Shown one piece after another: positions 31,757 through 42,819 of a DNA stretch of 62,711 nt; position 1 is the stretch's first letter, and the number at the start of each line of letters is the position of its first letter. The notes below the pieces were generated by a model, which saw only the letters and a program-made list of their open reading frames with translations, was not told where the DNA came from and did no database searches. This DNA comes from a virus (taxonomy: Duplodnaviria > Caudoviricetes), in the IMG/VR virus record IMGVR_UViG_3300017746_000010, positions 1 through 62,711 of that record, one strand, 5' to 3'. The position numbers and the translations under genes were made by a program.

Positions 31757-32794
31757 TTATGGATTTATTCCTACATAAACTGATGATGTAGTATAATATA
31801 ATCCTCCTACTATTGCTGTTGGAACACCATCTGCTCCTTCTCTAGCTCTAAATATAGCTGTTCCTTCTTCGTCTATATCAAATAAACTTTGTGAAGTAGC
31901 TGCTGCATTTGCTATTAAGAAATTTTCGTTATTGTTTAGTAGTATTTTTGCACTACCAGTCATATCAATACTACCTGATATTTCTGCTGAACCTGTAAAT
32001 GGGAAACCTGATCCTGCTGAACCAGATGTTAAAGCATCCATTACATTACTTGCCATTATTTGACCTGCTGCAAATCCAAAGCTATTATTTATACTAGCAT
32101 CTGAACCTTGGAACATTGGACCTACTTGATTTTTAGATCCTATATTATATAATACACCTTGTGATGTAGTTGAAAAATAAGTCATACCAGTTGGTAATCC
32201 ATTCATATCTCCTCCACTTGAAGTAAGATAAAGATTTACTTCACCTCCTGTAACACCTGCGGGTCTACTTTGTACATTTGAGACTTTAAACTGTGCAAAT
32301 TGTCCTGTTCTTTGTGTTCCTGCAACACCATCTAGTGCTACTGGAATTGCAAATGCAAATTCTAAATCACCTGCCTTATATTCTGAATCATCACTACCTG
32401 TAACACTACTAGCATTAATATTAGTTTGACCACCAGGGAAAGTTAATGAACCAGATTCAATAAATAATTGTCCTGGTCCTGGGTCTACTCTTAATAGTTG
32501 CCCTGTGTTTGAAGATGCTGCATTACCTGATACTACTATAGTAGCATTAGGTGAAGCACCTGTTATACTTTGAACTGTTACTTTTGATCCGAACGGGCCT
32601 GAAGCTATTAACTCCATTCCAACTCTTAATTCAGATACACCAAAATAACTAGTTCCATTATCAGCGACGTTAGTAATTGTATTTGAGCTATTTGTAGTGT
32701 TTCCGTTTAATCTTATAAATTGGTTAGCTCCAATAGTATCTGTAAAAATTGATCCTATCGATAAACTACCAAATAATAATTGTTCTGTCGCCAT
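31757..32794 (-). CDS. Putative virion structural protein
   Basis: G/S/T-rich; FPFTGSAEISGS motif; within the fibre module. Confidence 0.7.
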   Translation of the reverse strand: MATEQLLFGSLSIGSIFTDTIGANQFIRLNGNTTNSSNTITNVADNGTSYFGVSELRVGMELIASGPFGSKVTVQSITGASPNATIVVSGNAASSNTGQLLRVDPGPGQLFIESGSLTFPGGQTNINASSVTGSDDSEYKAGDLEFAFAIPVALDGVAGTQRTGQFAQFKVSNVQSRPAGVTGGEVNLYLTSSGGDMNGLPTGMTYFSTTSQGVLYNIGSKNQVGPMFQGSDASINNSFGFAAGQIMASNVMDALTSGSAGSGFPFTGSAEISGSIDMTGSAKILLNNNENFLIANAAATSQSLFDIDEEGTAIFRAREGADGVPTAIVGGLYYTTSSVYVGINP

Positions 32795-32817
32795 TTATAT
32801 AAATTTATATTTTATTA

Positions 32818-34593
32818 TTATAAAGTATAACCTTTTAATACTACAGGTGCAAATTCACCTACGTTTGTAATTGTTGCAATGTTTGAATTTGATGATCTAT
32901 TGTATTTAACCTGTGGAGCAAGTGCTGTTGTATAAGTACCACCTCCAGAATCTTTTTGTCCTGCAAATTGCATTGAATTTATATTTTGGAATGCTGCTCC
33001 TTTAAATCCTGATCCATTTTCTTCATCAACAGGGAATGTAATTGCTATATCATCTCCTTGACTTGCTGCATATAAATTCATTGTGTTTAATTGAGCACTA
33101 CCACTAATTCCTCCTGGGGATGTAATAGTAATTGCTGTAACACTATCTGTTCCATTTAATGTTAAACTTGCACTAAAACATGGTATATAAGCTGCTTGTG
33201 TTCCTGATGTGTCACCTGAATTTGTAAATCCTTGTGCTTTAAAGCTATTAGCATCTACTAATGTTATAGCACAACTGTTAAAGTTACTATCTCCTACATT
33301 TCTAAAATATGCAACATCTCCTGTTGATAAACCGTGAGCTGCAGATGTAAATGTTACTTCAGTTCCTGATCTTGACCATGCTGTACCACCCATATAATTT
33401 CCTGTTGACATTAAACTAAGTTTAACATCTGTTGAAGTAAATACATTATATCTTACTTGAGAATTAAATACTGTAGCTGAGCCACCACCTGATCCAGTAG
33501 TACCTTGTGTACCATCTGTTCCTTGTGATCCTGTTGTACCATCTGTTCCTTGTGGTCCATTTGTACCAACTGCACCTTGTGTTCCTGTTCCTACTTCACC
33601 TTTTTGTCCTTTTGATCCATCTGTACCTTGTGTTCCATTAGTACCTTGAGCTCCATTTGTTCCTTGAGCACCATCAGTACCTTGAGTACCATCTGTTCCT
33701 TGTGTTCCATTAGCACCTTGTGTTCCTGCACCTGTAGCACCTTGAGCACCTGTACCAATTTCTCCTTTTTGTCCTTTTGTACCATCTGTACCTTGTGTAC
33801 CACCTGCACCTTGTGTTCCTGCTCCAATTGCACCTTGAGATCCAATTGCTCCTTGAGTACCATTTGGTCCTGTTGTACCATCTGTTCCTTGTGCACCTAT
33901 TGTTCCTTGTGTTCCTGCACCTGTTTCACCTTGTGAACCTGCAGGTCCTGTTGTACCTGTATTTCCTTGAGCACCAGTGTTACCTGTTATACCTTGAACA
34001 CTATCTCCTTGATCACCTTTAGTTCCATTTGCACCTTGTGGTCCATTTGAACCTATAGCACCTTGAGCACCAGCTGATCCATTAGTACCATCTGTTCCTT
34101 GAGGACCTACTGGTCCTGTTTCACCTTGTGATCCTGCACTACCTGCTGTACCTTGAGCTCCTGATCCACCTTGTGAACCATTTGAACCATTAGCACCAGT
34201 TGCACCTTGAGCACCACCACCACCTGTATTTCCTTGAGTACCTACAGCACCTTGGCTTCCATTTGCACCTGTAGTACCTTGAGCACCAGCAGCACCTTGA
34301 GATCCTGCTGCAGCACTAGCAGAATAAAGTAAACCTGTTGAATCAATGGCAACAAAACCATACGAACCTGGTAAAGCTGAACCTGTGTTCATTGCTACTT
34401 GTTTTAATTGAAAATTAGAAACATTAGCTGATGATCCAGTTTGTTGGATAAATGATCCTGTTAAAAGTACGGAACCTGATACTTCAATATCGTATGCTTC
34501 GGCTCCGGTAAATGCTTGGACTGATTGAGAAACTTGTGCTGCTTCTATTGTTTGTCCAGTAGCTATACCTGTTATTGTAAATTGTTTTGCCAT
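32818..34593 (-). CDS. Collagen-like fibre protein
   Basis: Gly-X-Y tract at about 33490-34310; C-terminal VTFTSAAHGLSTGD beta domain. Confidence 0.85.
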   Translation of the reverse strand: MAKQFTITGIATGQTIEAAQVSQSVQAFTGAEAYDIEVSGSVLLTGSFIQQTGSSANVSNFQLKQVAMNTGSALPGSYGFVAIDSTGLLYSASAAAGSQGAAGAQGTTGANGSQGAVGTQGNTGGGGAQGATGANGSNGSQGGSGAQGTAGSAGSQGETGPVGPQGTDGTNGSAGAQGAIGSNGPQGANGTKGDQGDSVQGITGNTGAQGNTGTTGPAGSQGETGAGTQGTIGAQGTDGTTGPNGTQGAIGSQGAIGAGTQGAGGTQGTDGTKGQKGEIGTGAQGATGAGTQGANGTQGTDGTQGTDGAQGTNGAQGTNGTQGTDGSKGQKGEVGTGTQGAVGTNGPQGTDGTTGSQGTDGTQGTTGSGGGSATVFNSQVRYNVFTSTDVKLSLMSTGNYMGGTAWSRSGTEVTFTSAAHGLSTGDVAYFRNVGDSNFNSCAITLVDANSFKAQGFTNSGDTSGTQAAYIPCFSASLTLNGTDSVTAITITSPGGISGSAQLNTMNLYAASQGDDIAITFPVDEENGSGFKGAAFQNINSMQFAGQKDSGGGTYTTALAPQVKYNRSSNSNIATITNVGEFAPVVLKGYTL

Positions 34594-34612
34594 GGTAAAA
34601 GTTCTATTTTAT

Positions 34613-34621
34613 TATAAATAT
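34613..34621 (-). promoter_or_regulatory. Putative late promoter ATATTTATA
   Basis: Intergenic, 19 nt upstream of ATG 34593. Confidence 0.6.
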
Positions 34622-34628
34622 TATAAAT

Positions 34629-35729
34629 TTATTGTCTATCTATATTTACTAATATAGTTGTGTCAGTTGTTCTAGAAGTAGGCAAAGGTTGCGCTAACTT
34701 ACCGACTGCAACTAACTCATTATTATTGTTATACATACCAACTGTTGTAACAAAAGGTGAAAAGAACGATGAAGTTACATAATTGTAAACTGTACCATCA
34801 TTACTAGAACCTGATATTGTAGTTGGGTTTAAAGTGTAATTAAATTCACTTTCTGCAACTGTACATTTGTATTGCGTCTCATAAATAGTGAAAGAAGATG
34901 AGAATGAACAAGTAATATTAATACCTGTAGTAAAATTTTCTACATCATCAATTCCGATAGTTCTTCCACCATAGATTGATTGTTGGTCTCCATACTCAGA
35001 ACTACCATATAAACTACCGCTTTCGCCTGTAGCTTCTGTTCTAGTACCTCCTGTAAAGACTACCATTCCGTGTTCATATATAACATTTCCTACAACAATT
35101 GAAGAGGTAACATTAGGACTAGTCCTCATTAATATACCTTCTCCATCATCATAATAACTACCACTTTCAGTTGTTATCTTTAAAGATTGAGGTTGTATGA
35201 AATCACCAAACATTGATTTAGGTATTGACATAACTCCAATAGTTGGAGATTTTATTTCTTTACCATAAATGGCTTCACCATATTTTGATAATGGATTACC
35301 ATATTGTGCTAAACCTACTGTTGTTTCATATGAACTTGTAGGCCAATATTTTCTTGGGTTTAAATCTGTTTGATTGTAATTATAATAACCATTTCCATCA
35401 ATTTTACCTATTACAAGTCCATCAGGTTGAAATGATGGTGTATTAATAGGTTGAACTTCTCCATCACTACCTGAAAGGTAGTTTTTATAGTAAAGTTGTT
35501 CTATTGAAAAATATACTTGAGATTGTGAATATTCACTTGAACCTGTTGAATAGGCATTACGTGTGTAATCCCAAGTTGAAGATCCTGTAGTATTAAATTT
35601 ATTTCCTGTATATCGTTGAATATTGACGTTAGTGGCAGTCATACCACTACCGCTAAAGGTAAATGCTTTAGTTACCTCTAAAGGTGATACTATTATATCT
35701 TGTGAATTTAGTGTTTTGTACGCCGCCAT
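34629..35729 (-). CDS. Tail/baseplate structural protein (tail-collar-fibre-like C-terminus)
   Basis: EFNYTLNP...PFVTTVGMYN..NELVAVGKLAQPL; paralog of the adjacent gene. Confidence 0.65.
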   Translation of the reverse strand: MAAYKTLNSQDIIVSPLEVTKAFTFSGSGMTATNVNIQRYTGNKFNTTGSSTWDYTRNAYSTGSSEYSQSQVYFSIEQLYYKNYLSGSDGEVQPINTPSFQPDGLVIGKIDGNGYYNYNQTDLNPRKYWPTSSYETTVGLAQYGNPLSKYGEAIYGKEIKSPTIGVMSIPKSMFGDFIQPQSLKITTESGSYYDDGEGILMRTSPNVTSSIVVGNVIYEHGMVVFTGGTRTEATGESGSLYGSSEYGDQQSIYGGRTIGIDDVENFTTGINITCSFSSSFTIYETQYKCTVAESEFNYTLNPTTISGSSNDGTVYNYVTSSFFSPFVTTVGMYNNNNELVAVGKLAQPLPTSRTTDTTILVNIDRQ

Positions 35730-35735
35730 TCATTC

Positions 35736-36779
35736 TTAAAAATCTAATTTAACTCTAACTAAAGCTTCTTTTGTAAAGTCTTTGTTTAAAGGTTTTGATA
35801 ATTTTGCAACTGCTAATAATTCATTACCATCATTATACAAACCAATTGTTGTCATATATGTTTGAGGGTTGTTAATAAAGTAGTTATATATTACTTCACC
35901 AGTTGATCCTGAAATATATGATGGGTTTTCAGAGTAATTAAATTCACTATTTCTTGCTCTAACAAATACGAAATCTGAAGTAATTGTTTCTTCTGAATTT
36001 AAAGCAAATCCTGAACCTGATTGCATTGGGCCTAATAATCTTAATGGATTATTACCTTGTGTATTTAATGAAGTATTTGTACCTAAATTTAAACCTTCTT
36101 CAGAATCTAAATCTAATGCTGCTCCATTTAATAATATTGTTCCAATATCCGGTAAAAATAAACCATATGAACCTTGTGTTGTAGTGTAACCTAAACCACC
36201 TGATCCTGAATTATATGCTACACCATCTGAACCACTAATTACTTGATATGCTCTTGTTGTACCATAATATGTTGGTACAATTACCATTTTAGAATTATCT
36301 GTTAAAAATAATGTTTTATTTGCATTTGATGTTATTGAACTACTTAAAATAAGATTTAATGAGCCTGGGAATAGGGCTTGTTTATATCTTGATCTTTCTA
36401 TACTTAGAGCATAAAATGCACTTTGAGAAACTTCTCCAAATACAAATTGTGCATTTTCATCCTCTAACACTAATGTTCTATACTGACCATAAATTGTTGA
36501 TGCAGGAGAAACATTTGGTGCAGCTGTTTGGTTATATGCTAAAGCACCTCCACCATCTTGCTGACCATAAGCTATTTCAAATTGAGCTTCAAAATCAGGA
36601 GCACCTGATTGTGTGTTAAAAACTGTTGTATAATATACTCCAGACTGACCATTAATTTGGTTAGATTGAGTAAACATGCTATCAGATGTTAAAGCTGGTT
36701 CATTACCAGTCCAACAAGTTTGAGTCTGTGCTTGTGCACTTACTACAAAATCATCTGCTTCTAATCTTTTAAATCCCAT
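35736..36779 (-). CDS. Tail/baseplate structural protein (paralog)
   Basis: EFNYSENP...TYMTTIGLYN..NELLAVAKLSKPL. Confidence 0.65.
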   Translation of the reverse strand: MGFKRLEADDFVVSAQAQTQTCWTGNEPALTSDSMFTQSNQINGQSGVYYTTVFNTQSGAPDFEAQFEIAYGQQDGGGALAYNQTAAPNVSPASTIYGQYRTLVLEDENAQFVFGEVSQSAFYALSIERSRYKQALFPGSLNLILSSSITSNANKTLFLTDNSKMVIVPTYYGTTRAYQVISGSDGVAYNSGSGGLGYTTTQGSYGLFLPDIGTILLNGAALDLDSEEGLNLGTNTSLNTQGNNPLRLLGPMQSGSGFALNSEETITSDFVFVRARNSEFNYSENPSYISGSTGEVIYNYFINNPQTYMTTIGLYNDGNELLAVAKLSKPLNKDFTKEALVRVKLDF

Positions 36780-36789
36780 TGTTTTTTAT

Positions 36790-37455
36790 TTATGTTGTTG
36801 ATTTATTTATAGTAATTGGAATAGTAATTCTAGCACCACTATCTAAACCTGTTACTGTTAATGTACTTAATAATGTCGAATTTGATCCAAATAATGTATT
36901 TACTGTAGTTGCTCTTAAATTAACTTGAGTACCTACTACTGTAGATGATACATTAGTTCCAATTGTTACAGTTGCAGAAGCATTTGCATCAGCTGCTGCT
37001 GTTGTATTAATACCTTGTCCATTAAATGTATTTAATAATCTTACATCCGCAATTGTTGCTGCATATCCTGCTGTTTCAAATACTTGATCATTACCTAAAT
37101 AATTCAATGTTTGTGGTGTTATTGCTAACTGGGCTCCTTGTTGTAGTGAAATTGCTGAATAACCTACATCTAATACTGGTAGTTTAGCTGTACCTCTTGG
37201 TAACGTAGCTAGTTTATACTTCATTATTTGTGATTCCTCAGGAAATGCTTCTAATAAAGGCATTCCATCTATAGCTTCTCCATAATAAGCCGATCCTGAT
37301 GGATGGTTTGGATTGTATAGTGTATAATCGATTTCATCGTCTGCAAGTGCAAATTGTGTGATTCTAAAAGAACCATCGTTGGCAGCTAATAACTCTCTTC
37401 CTTTTGTAGTCAATATAGCGTCAACTGTTATTACTGAATTATTTAAATATCCCAT
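36790..37455 (-). CDS. Tail/baseplate structural protein (tail-collar-fibre-like N-terminus)
   Basis: ILTTKGRELLA...ITQFALADDEIDY. Confidence 0.65.
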   Translation of the reverse strand: MGYLNNSVITVDAILTTKGRELLAANDGSFRITQFALADDEIDYTLYNPNHPSGSAYYGEAIDGMPLLEAFPEESQIMKYKLATLPRGTAKLPVLDVGYSAISLQQGAQLAITPQTLNYLGNDQVFETAGYAATIADVRLLNTFNGQGINTTAAADANASATVTIGTNVSSTVVGTQVNLRATTVNTLFGSNSTLLSTLTVTGLDSGARITIPITINKSTT

Positions 37456-37468
37456 TGTTGTTTTTTTA

Positions 37469-37496
37469 TATAAATATTGTTATATGTTATAAATAT
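37469..37496 (-). promoter_or_regulatory. Tandem putative late promoters (ATATTTATA x2)
   Basis: Copies at 37469-37477 and 37488-37496 in a 42-nt intergenic gap. Confidence 0.65.
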
Positions 37497-37497
37497 G

Positions 37498-40400
37498 TTA
37501 CTCTATTAGTTTCTTATCTCTTAGGTCACGAACTACTTCATCTGGCGTGACATCTATCTCTACTACTGGGAATTCCGGTTTAAGAATACCAGTAGGTGTA
37601 TTATCTCTTTTTAATAATGGCTTTATATATTCTATAAAACTACCTGATTGTTCCATTATTGTTGTTGATCCTGATGCTTCTGACCCTGATGCACCACTAC
37701 CACCATCATAACTTAATATTTGATTCGTCGAAGGTACGAACTCTTTTACGGTAGGCAACGAACCATATGGAAATGGTCTATTTATTAATACTGAGTTAGG
37801 AGCACTTATATATCTTCTAATTAGGAAGAAATTTAAATCAACAGATGCCTGAATCGGTTTATCTACAGTTAATTGTAATTTATTTCTACCACTTGCCATG
37901 AAGTTTTGTTCTGGAGATAGTACTTTTATAATTTTATAAGCAAATCTTTCATCGTTTTGGAACCTAATTTCATCATTAATTTGAAATTTATAAGGTACAT
38001 TTGGTAAAGGCCAAGCAGTATCTTGTGGTTCAAAACCTCCTGGGAACATAGGGTTAGTTGAAGCAGTATAAGGTAAATAACCTTGATAATATCCTAAACC
38101 ATAATTGTTATTACCATTTGAAGATGATAATTCAATAACAGTATTTTCTAATAATACATCAGCAGGTAATGAACCTGTAGTAAATGAAATTGTTAAAGGA
38201 TAAGACTGACCAGAAAGGAATGGGTTTTCAAAAAATATTGGAGCTGTATTTCCTCCGTTTGTTAGATCATTAAACATATCAACAGTATAAAAAGTAGTGT
38301 TATCTGTTACATTTGTTATACTACCCGTAAATTGTAAATTAGGGTTAGATCCGTTTGATTGTAATTGTATTTTTCCTTGATTATTACCCGCTCCTATAGC
38401 AATAATCCTATCTAAATAAGTACCAATTGTAGTTGTACCAAAATTATTAGTTTTACTAATAGATATTTGATTTGTACCTTTTTGGTTTTGAAGTACAAAG
38501 GGATCAGTTAATGTTAATTCTAAATCTGCATTTACTGTACCAAAACCAGCAGTTTCTAAATCAAGTATAGAAAATACCAATTTATCTCCTGGAACAAACC
38601 CACCTACTGTTAAATTTGAAAATGGTATATTTTCTTCAATTAAATTAATTGCCGTTCCTGCAGTGTTTGTTGATATAGTAAAGCTTACATCTCCAATATC
38701 TCCTTTACCTGTAGTACTAGATACTGGTAAATTTGCAGATGCATTGTTTGTAACTGTAACAAATGCAGCATTAGAAATGTCCATAAAATTTAAAGCAGGA
38801 TTTTCATTAATAGAACCTGATGCTTTAGTGAAAAATATTCTTCCAACCCCTGGGTTTTGTGCTGAATCAACCAAATAAGGGGAACCATTATTATCTGGAT
38901 CTGATGCATTAGGGTAATATTCAAATGCATTAGAAACTGAACCTTGTTCTGTAACAAAATCCCAATATGGAAAATTAAGAGCATTTGATTGTAAACTTGA
39001 TGCTACTTGATTACCAACTACATTCATTGAAACATAAGGTCCATCTGAAGGTAAAGTTGTTGTAAATGGAAGTGGATTAGCAACAGTACCACCAGTTGCT
39101 CCATCTCCGTGTATTGATACATTAACTGGGTTAAATACATTTCTTTGTGGTTCACCTGTTTGTGTTGTATTTTCTTGATCATATTGTCCAGCAACAAAAA
39201 ATCTATATCTTCTATCACTTTTTAAACTTATATCAGATTGAAATGCAAAATCATAAGTTACAAATTGTACTGTGTTATATGGATCTCCATTATTACTTAC
39301 ATAATTTTCAATATCATTAGCTTCAACAGCAAATGTAAACTCGGTATGTTGTTGATTCCAAGATACATTATCGGATAATGATGTTAGAGGATATGATCTT
39401 TCAGTTCCATTAGGTGTTCCAGGTGTAGTCCCAAGATAAAATGTCATTGTTGGTTCTTGCCTTCCAGTAGAAGAATTATCAGTTAACCAGTCAAATTTTT
39501 CATCTGTCCAATCATTTTCTGCAATTACATTAGCATCTAGATTATCACAAGATTGAAATTTCATTCTTACAGATCCAACTGTTCTTTTATTCCATTTTGT
39601 TTTCTTTTTATTTCTTTTTTTAATAAATTTCTTTGTTTTATATCTAGTAGGAGGAGATGCTGGTAGAACAAATGTACCTCTAATCATATAATCATCACTT
39701 AAATCTCCTGAACCTGAACCTAATGGGTCAGTTGTAAAGAAAATTTCACCTGGGTTTCCAGCATATTCAGTTCCAAATACATTAGTTGGTGCAGAATATG
39801 GGTCTGCGATTGAGGAAGTGATTATAGGTAATTCAATAACACCATTAATATCTGCTGGGTTTGCTCTTTGAATACCAAAACCAGATCCCGTTTCAATATT
39901 AAATTGTGATGCTTGGAATGAACCTGGGGTTTGTGGCATAATTTGACCTTGTTGATCTGCTATACCTTGGGCTATATTAAAATAAGTTACATTATTAGCA
40001 CCTTGATATTGTGCTACTTTACTAGAACCTTGAGATGACATATCATATTCTATAAATGATGATGTTACATTTGATACTTGTTCTGCATTACCTGCAATAG
40101 GAATAGCATCCGCAAATGTGTTTGCTGATGTTTGAGAATACAATAATGGTATAGCTTGTTTTCCTACTTTAAATGTTGTTTGGTACCCATTTAACTGGTC
40201 AAATTGAGTTGAACCTGAAACTTGGTTAATACCTACTTGTCCTAATCCACCTTCATCCCATGTACCTAATACATCATAAGCTGTATATGGTGAAATTAGT
40301 GGATTTAAAGCATCACCACCAGGATTAATCATATATAGTAAGTTAAATTGTGTTTTACTATTAACTACTGGATATGGATCTGTTACCTGATCACAATATG

Positions 40401-42819
40401 CTAAATAAGCTCTTTTATATTCAATTACTGGTGATTTACCAAATCCACCTTCTAGACCATCTATAGTATTATATCCAAAAGCTGTTGTTTGTGATCCTAA
40501 GTATCTAGGATTTAACCATGGTTCTTGAGTATAATTAGATTCTGGTACTGTTGATCTTGCTGCTGTACCTGATAGTATTCTTTGGAAGTTACTTGGATCA
40601 TAAGGATCAGTACTATATTCAACTAATTGTATTTTATCATTATTTCTTTCTTGTACTACATTATTTAATGTAGGTTGACAATCAGGAGCGTTTGAAAAAC
40701 CACCTGTGCCTTTAAATGCATTATCTATAAATGTAGGTACTCTACCATCACCATCTTCTTGTGAAGCAGCATTATTAAATTCTAATTGATATTCACTTAC
40801 TACAAGTGAATTTTCTACCATAGAAGCTGGAGATGAACCTGATGTCACAGATAATGACATATTTAAACAATCTTGAAAAGTTATTGATTGAGAAGGTAAA
40901 ACAAAACTAGTTGTAATTGCAACACCATTATTTCCATAATCACCATCTAATGTAACAAATTGTTCTGTATGTAAAGGTGTATCTGCTTCTACTGGTACAT
41001 TTAAAGGATAATTTCCTTTGTAAATATTAATTGAGGCTGTAGGCCAAGAAGTACCATCACCTGCTTCACCTTCACCATATTTTGGATCACTAGGTGAAAT
41101 AGCATATTCTGCTCCTTTAATTCCATATTTAGGTGATCCAGGATCACTACCTGTCCAAGCATTTAACAGCATAGAAGCTGTTACATAAATATCATCTGAT
41201 GGTAATTGGTTAAATATATAAAGACCATCTATTGATTGACTTAATGAAGATGATAATGATAAATAAACATCACTAATTCTTGTTGAAAATACATTTGTTG
41301 GAGCTGCTCCAATAGCTGTGTTAGATACAATTTCTAAACTAAAAGTACTTGAACTATCATCATTTGATGCTGATGGAGTTCCTACAGCAGCTACAAACGT
41401 AGCATTAAATCCTGGGTTTATATTTGAAAATTTAGGTAATCCATCAGATCCAGTATAATCTATTCTTACTGTGGCTGAATTTAAAGAATCAACTGTTGCC
41501 TTATATTCTACATAATCATCATATTCTGCCCATAATCCAAATTGACAGGATCCAGAAGCTGCTGATCCATCTGCTCCTGATACATCAAAATCACTTGATG
41601 TAAATGAATATAAAGCGTTTTTTAGTTTTATATTTGAAAACTCAGGGATGAGGTTAAAAAATGTTGATTGAGGTTGTTGGATAGATCCCATAAATACAGG
41701 ACCATTTAATGACATTGAAATAGCTGCTCCATTTGCTGGAGGCCATGTTCCTGCTATATCAGGAGTATTTACTGTAAGTGTAATAAAATCACTAATTGGA
41801 GTTGAACCTGAAATTGATGTTATACTATATTTAGCAGAAGCTGCCGTAAATCCAGTCCCTGATGAAAGTATAACCTGACCCATTGGTTTTCCGTCAATTC
41901 CAGATTGACTTACTGATGACATAAGACCAACTGGACTAGTTGCTGTTCCTGTTGCAGTTGTCCAAGCAATCCTATCAATATATATTTCTGTAACACTAGT
42001 TGCAGTTGAATTATTAGATGCTGCTGAAGCTCCTGGTCCTGGATCACCTCCACCTGTTGCTGTATCCCATGTTCCTAGGAAATCAATTTGTGAACCAAAA
42101 TTAGCTGTATCTGATCTTTCAGCATATATTTTCCAAAATGAACCTACTGCAGGTGGTGCTGATAATGTATCATATTTAGTGTAAACCCAAGGATGTACTT
42201 CTCTATGATCTTGTAATACTGTAAATGAACCTGAATCTCTTGATTCTGATATTAAAAAGTTATTATTAGGATAATCTAAATTTCCTACTATACCTTGTTG
42301 TTTTACATCAAAAATACTACCACCAAAACTTGGATTGTTTGTTCCTTGACCTGTACTTTCATTATAAAATGCACCAAATGGAAGCCAAGGGAATGTACCT
42401 ACTCCAGAACCTGTTTCTGTTAGCATATATAATTTATATGGTCTGTGTAAGTAAGCATTATACTGTGTGTGATTAGAATCACCTGGACCTGCATCTGATG
42501 GAGTACCATTTGGTACTGTATTTGGAGGTTGTATTCCTCTATATACCCATAATTCTTGATCATCTTCAATATCAATTGTAAAGCCAGTACCATCACTAGC
42601 AGAATTATAAACTGCTTTACTTTGATATGTTACTGCTTGACCTAATGATTTTATTCTAGCTACTGTGTAAATGTCAGTTAATGCTGGGTCTTTACTACTA
42701 GTAATTAAGGCATTCATACCTGCTACTGTAGTTATAGAACCATCACCTGACCCCACCAATATTTGGTTAGTATCCTGTTTGTAGTAATAATTTACCGTTT
42801 GTGCCTGTGATCCTGCCAT
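37498..42819 (-). CDS. Large virion structural protein (baseplate/tail-associated)
   Basis: 1773 aa, S/T/G/N-rich, within the baseplate module. Confidence 0.7.
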   Translation of the reverse strand: MAGSQAQTVNYYYKQDTNQILVGSGDGSITTVAGMNALITSSKDPALTDIYTVARIKSLGQAVTYQSKAVYNSASDGTGFTIDIEDDQELWVYRGIQPPNTVPNGTPSDAGPGDSNHTQYNAYLHRPYKLYMLTETGSGVGTFPWLPFGAFYNESTGQGTNNPSFGGSIFDVKQQGIVGNLDYPNNNFLISESRDSGSFTVLQDHREVHPWVYTKYDTLSAPPAVGSFWKIYAERSDTANFGSQIDFLGTWDTATGGGDPGPGASAASNNSTATSVTEIYIDRIAWTTATGTATSPVGLMSSVSQSGIDGKPMGQVILSSGTGFTAASAKYSITSISGSTPISDFITLTVNTPDIAGTWPPANGAAISMSLNGPVFMGSIQQPQSTFFNLIPEFSNIKLKNALYSFTSSDFDVSGADGSAASGSCQFGLWAEYDDYVEYKATVDSLNSATVRIDYTGSDGLPKFSNINPGFNATFVAAVGTPSASNDDSSSTFSLEIVSNTAIGAAPTNVFSTRISDVYLSLSSSLSQSIDGLYIFNQLPSDDIYVTASMLLNAWTGSDPGSPKYGIKGAEYAISPSDPKYGEGEAGDGTSWPTASINIYKGNYPLNVPVEADTPLHTEQFVTLDGDYGNNGVAITTSFVLPSQSITFQDCLNMSLSVTSGSSPASMVENSLVVSEYQLEFNNAASQEDGDGRVPTFIDNAFKGTGGFSNAPDCQPTLNNVVQERNNDKIQLVEYSTDPYDPSNFQRILSGTAARSTVPESNYTQEPWLNPRYLGSQTTAFGYNTIDGLEGGFGKSPVIEYKRAYLAYCDQVTDPYPVVNSKTQFNLLYMINPGGDALNPLISPYTAYDVLGTWDEGGLGQVGINQVSGSTQFDQLNGYQTTFKVGKQAIPLLYSQTSANTFADAIPIAGNAEQVSNVTSSFIEYDMSSQGSSKVAQYQGANNVTYFNIAQGIADQQGQIMPQTPGSFQASQFNIETGSGFGIQRANPADINGVIELPIITSSIADPYSAPTNVFGTEYAGNPGEIFFTTDPLGSGSGDLSDDYMIRGTFVLPASPPTRYKTKKFIKKRNKKKTKWNKRTVGSVRMKFQSCDNLDANVIAENDWTDEKFDWLTDNSSTGRQEPTMTFYLGTTPGTPNGTERSYPLTSLSDNVSWNQQHTEFTFAVEANDIENYVSNNGDPYNTVQFVTYDFAFQSDISLKSDRRYRFFVAGQYDQENTTQTGEPQRNVFNPVNVSIHGDGATGGTVANPLPFTTTLPSDGPYVSMNVVGNQVASSLQSNALNFPYWDFVTEQGSVSNAFEYYPNASDPDNNGSPYLVDSAQNPGVGRIFFTKASGSINENPALNFMDISNAAFVTVTNNASANLPVSSTTGKGDIGDVSFTISTNTAGTAINLIEENIPFSNLTVGGFVPGDKLVFSILDLETAGFGTVNADLELTLTDPFVLQNQKGTNQISISKTNNFGTTTIGTYLDRIIAIGAGNNQGKIQLQSNGSNPNLQFTGSITNVTDNTTFYTVDMFNDLTNGGNTAPIFFENPFLSGQSYPLTISFTTGSLPADVLLENTVIELSSSNGNNNYGLGYYQGYLPYTASTNPMFPGGFEPQDTAWPLPNVPYKFQINDEIRFQNDERFAYKIIKVLSPEQNFMASGRNKLQLTVDKPIQASVDLNFFLIRRYISAPNSVLINRPFPYGSLPTVKEFVPSTNQILSYDGGSGASGSEASGSTTIMEQSGSFIEYIKPLLKRDNTPTGILKPEFPVVEIDVTPDEVVRDLRDKKLIE

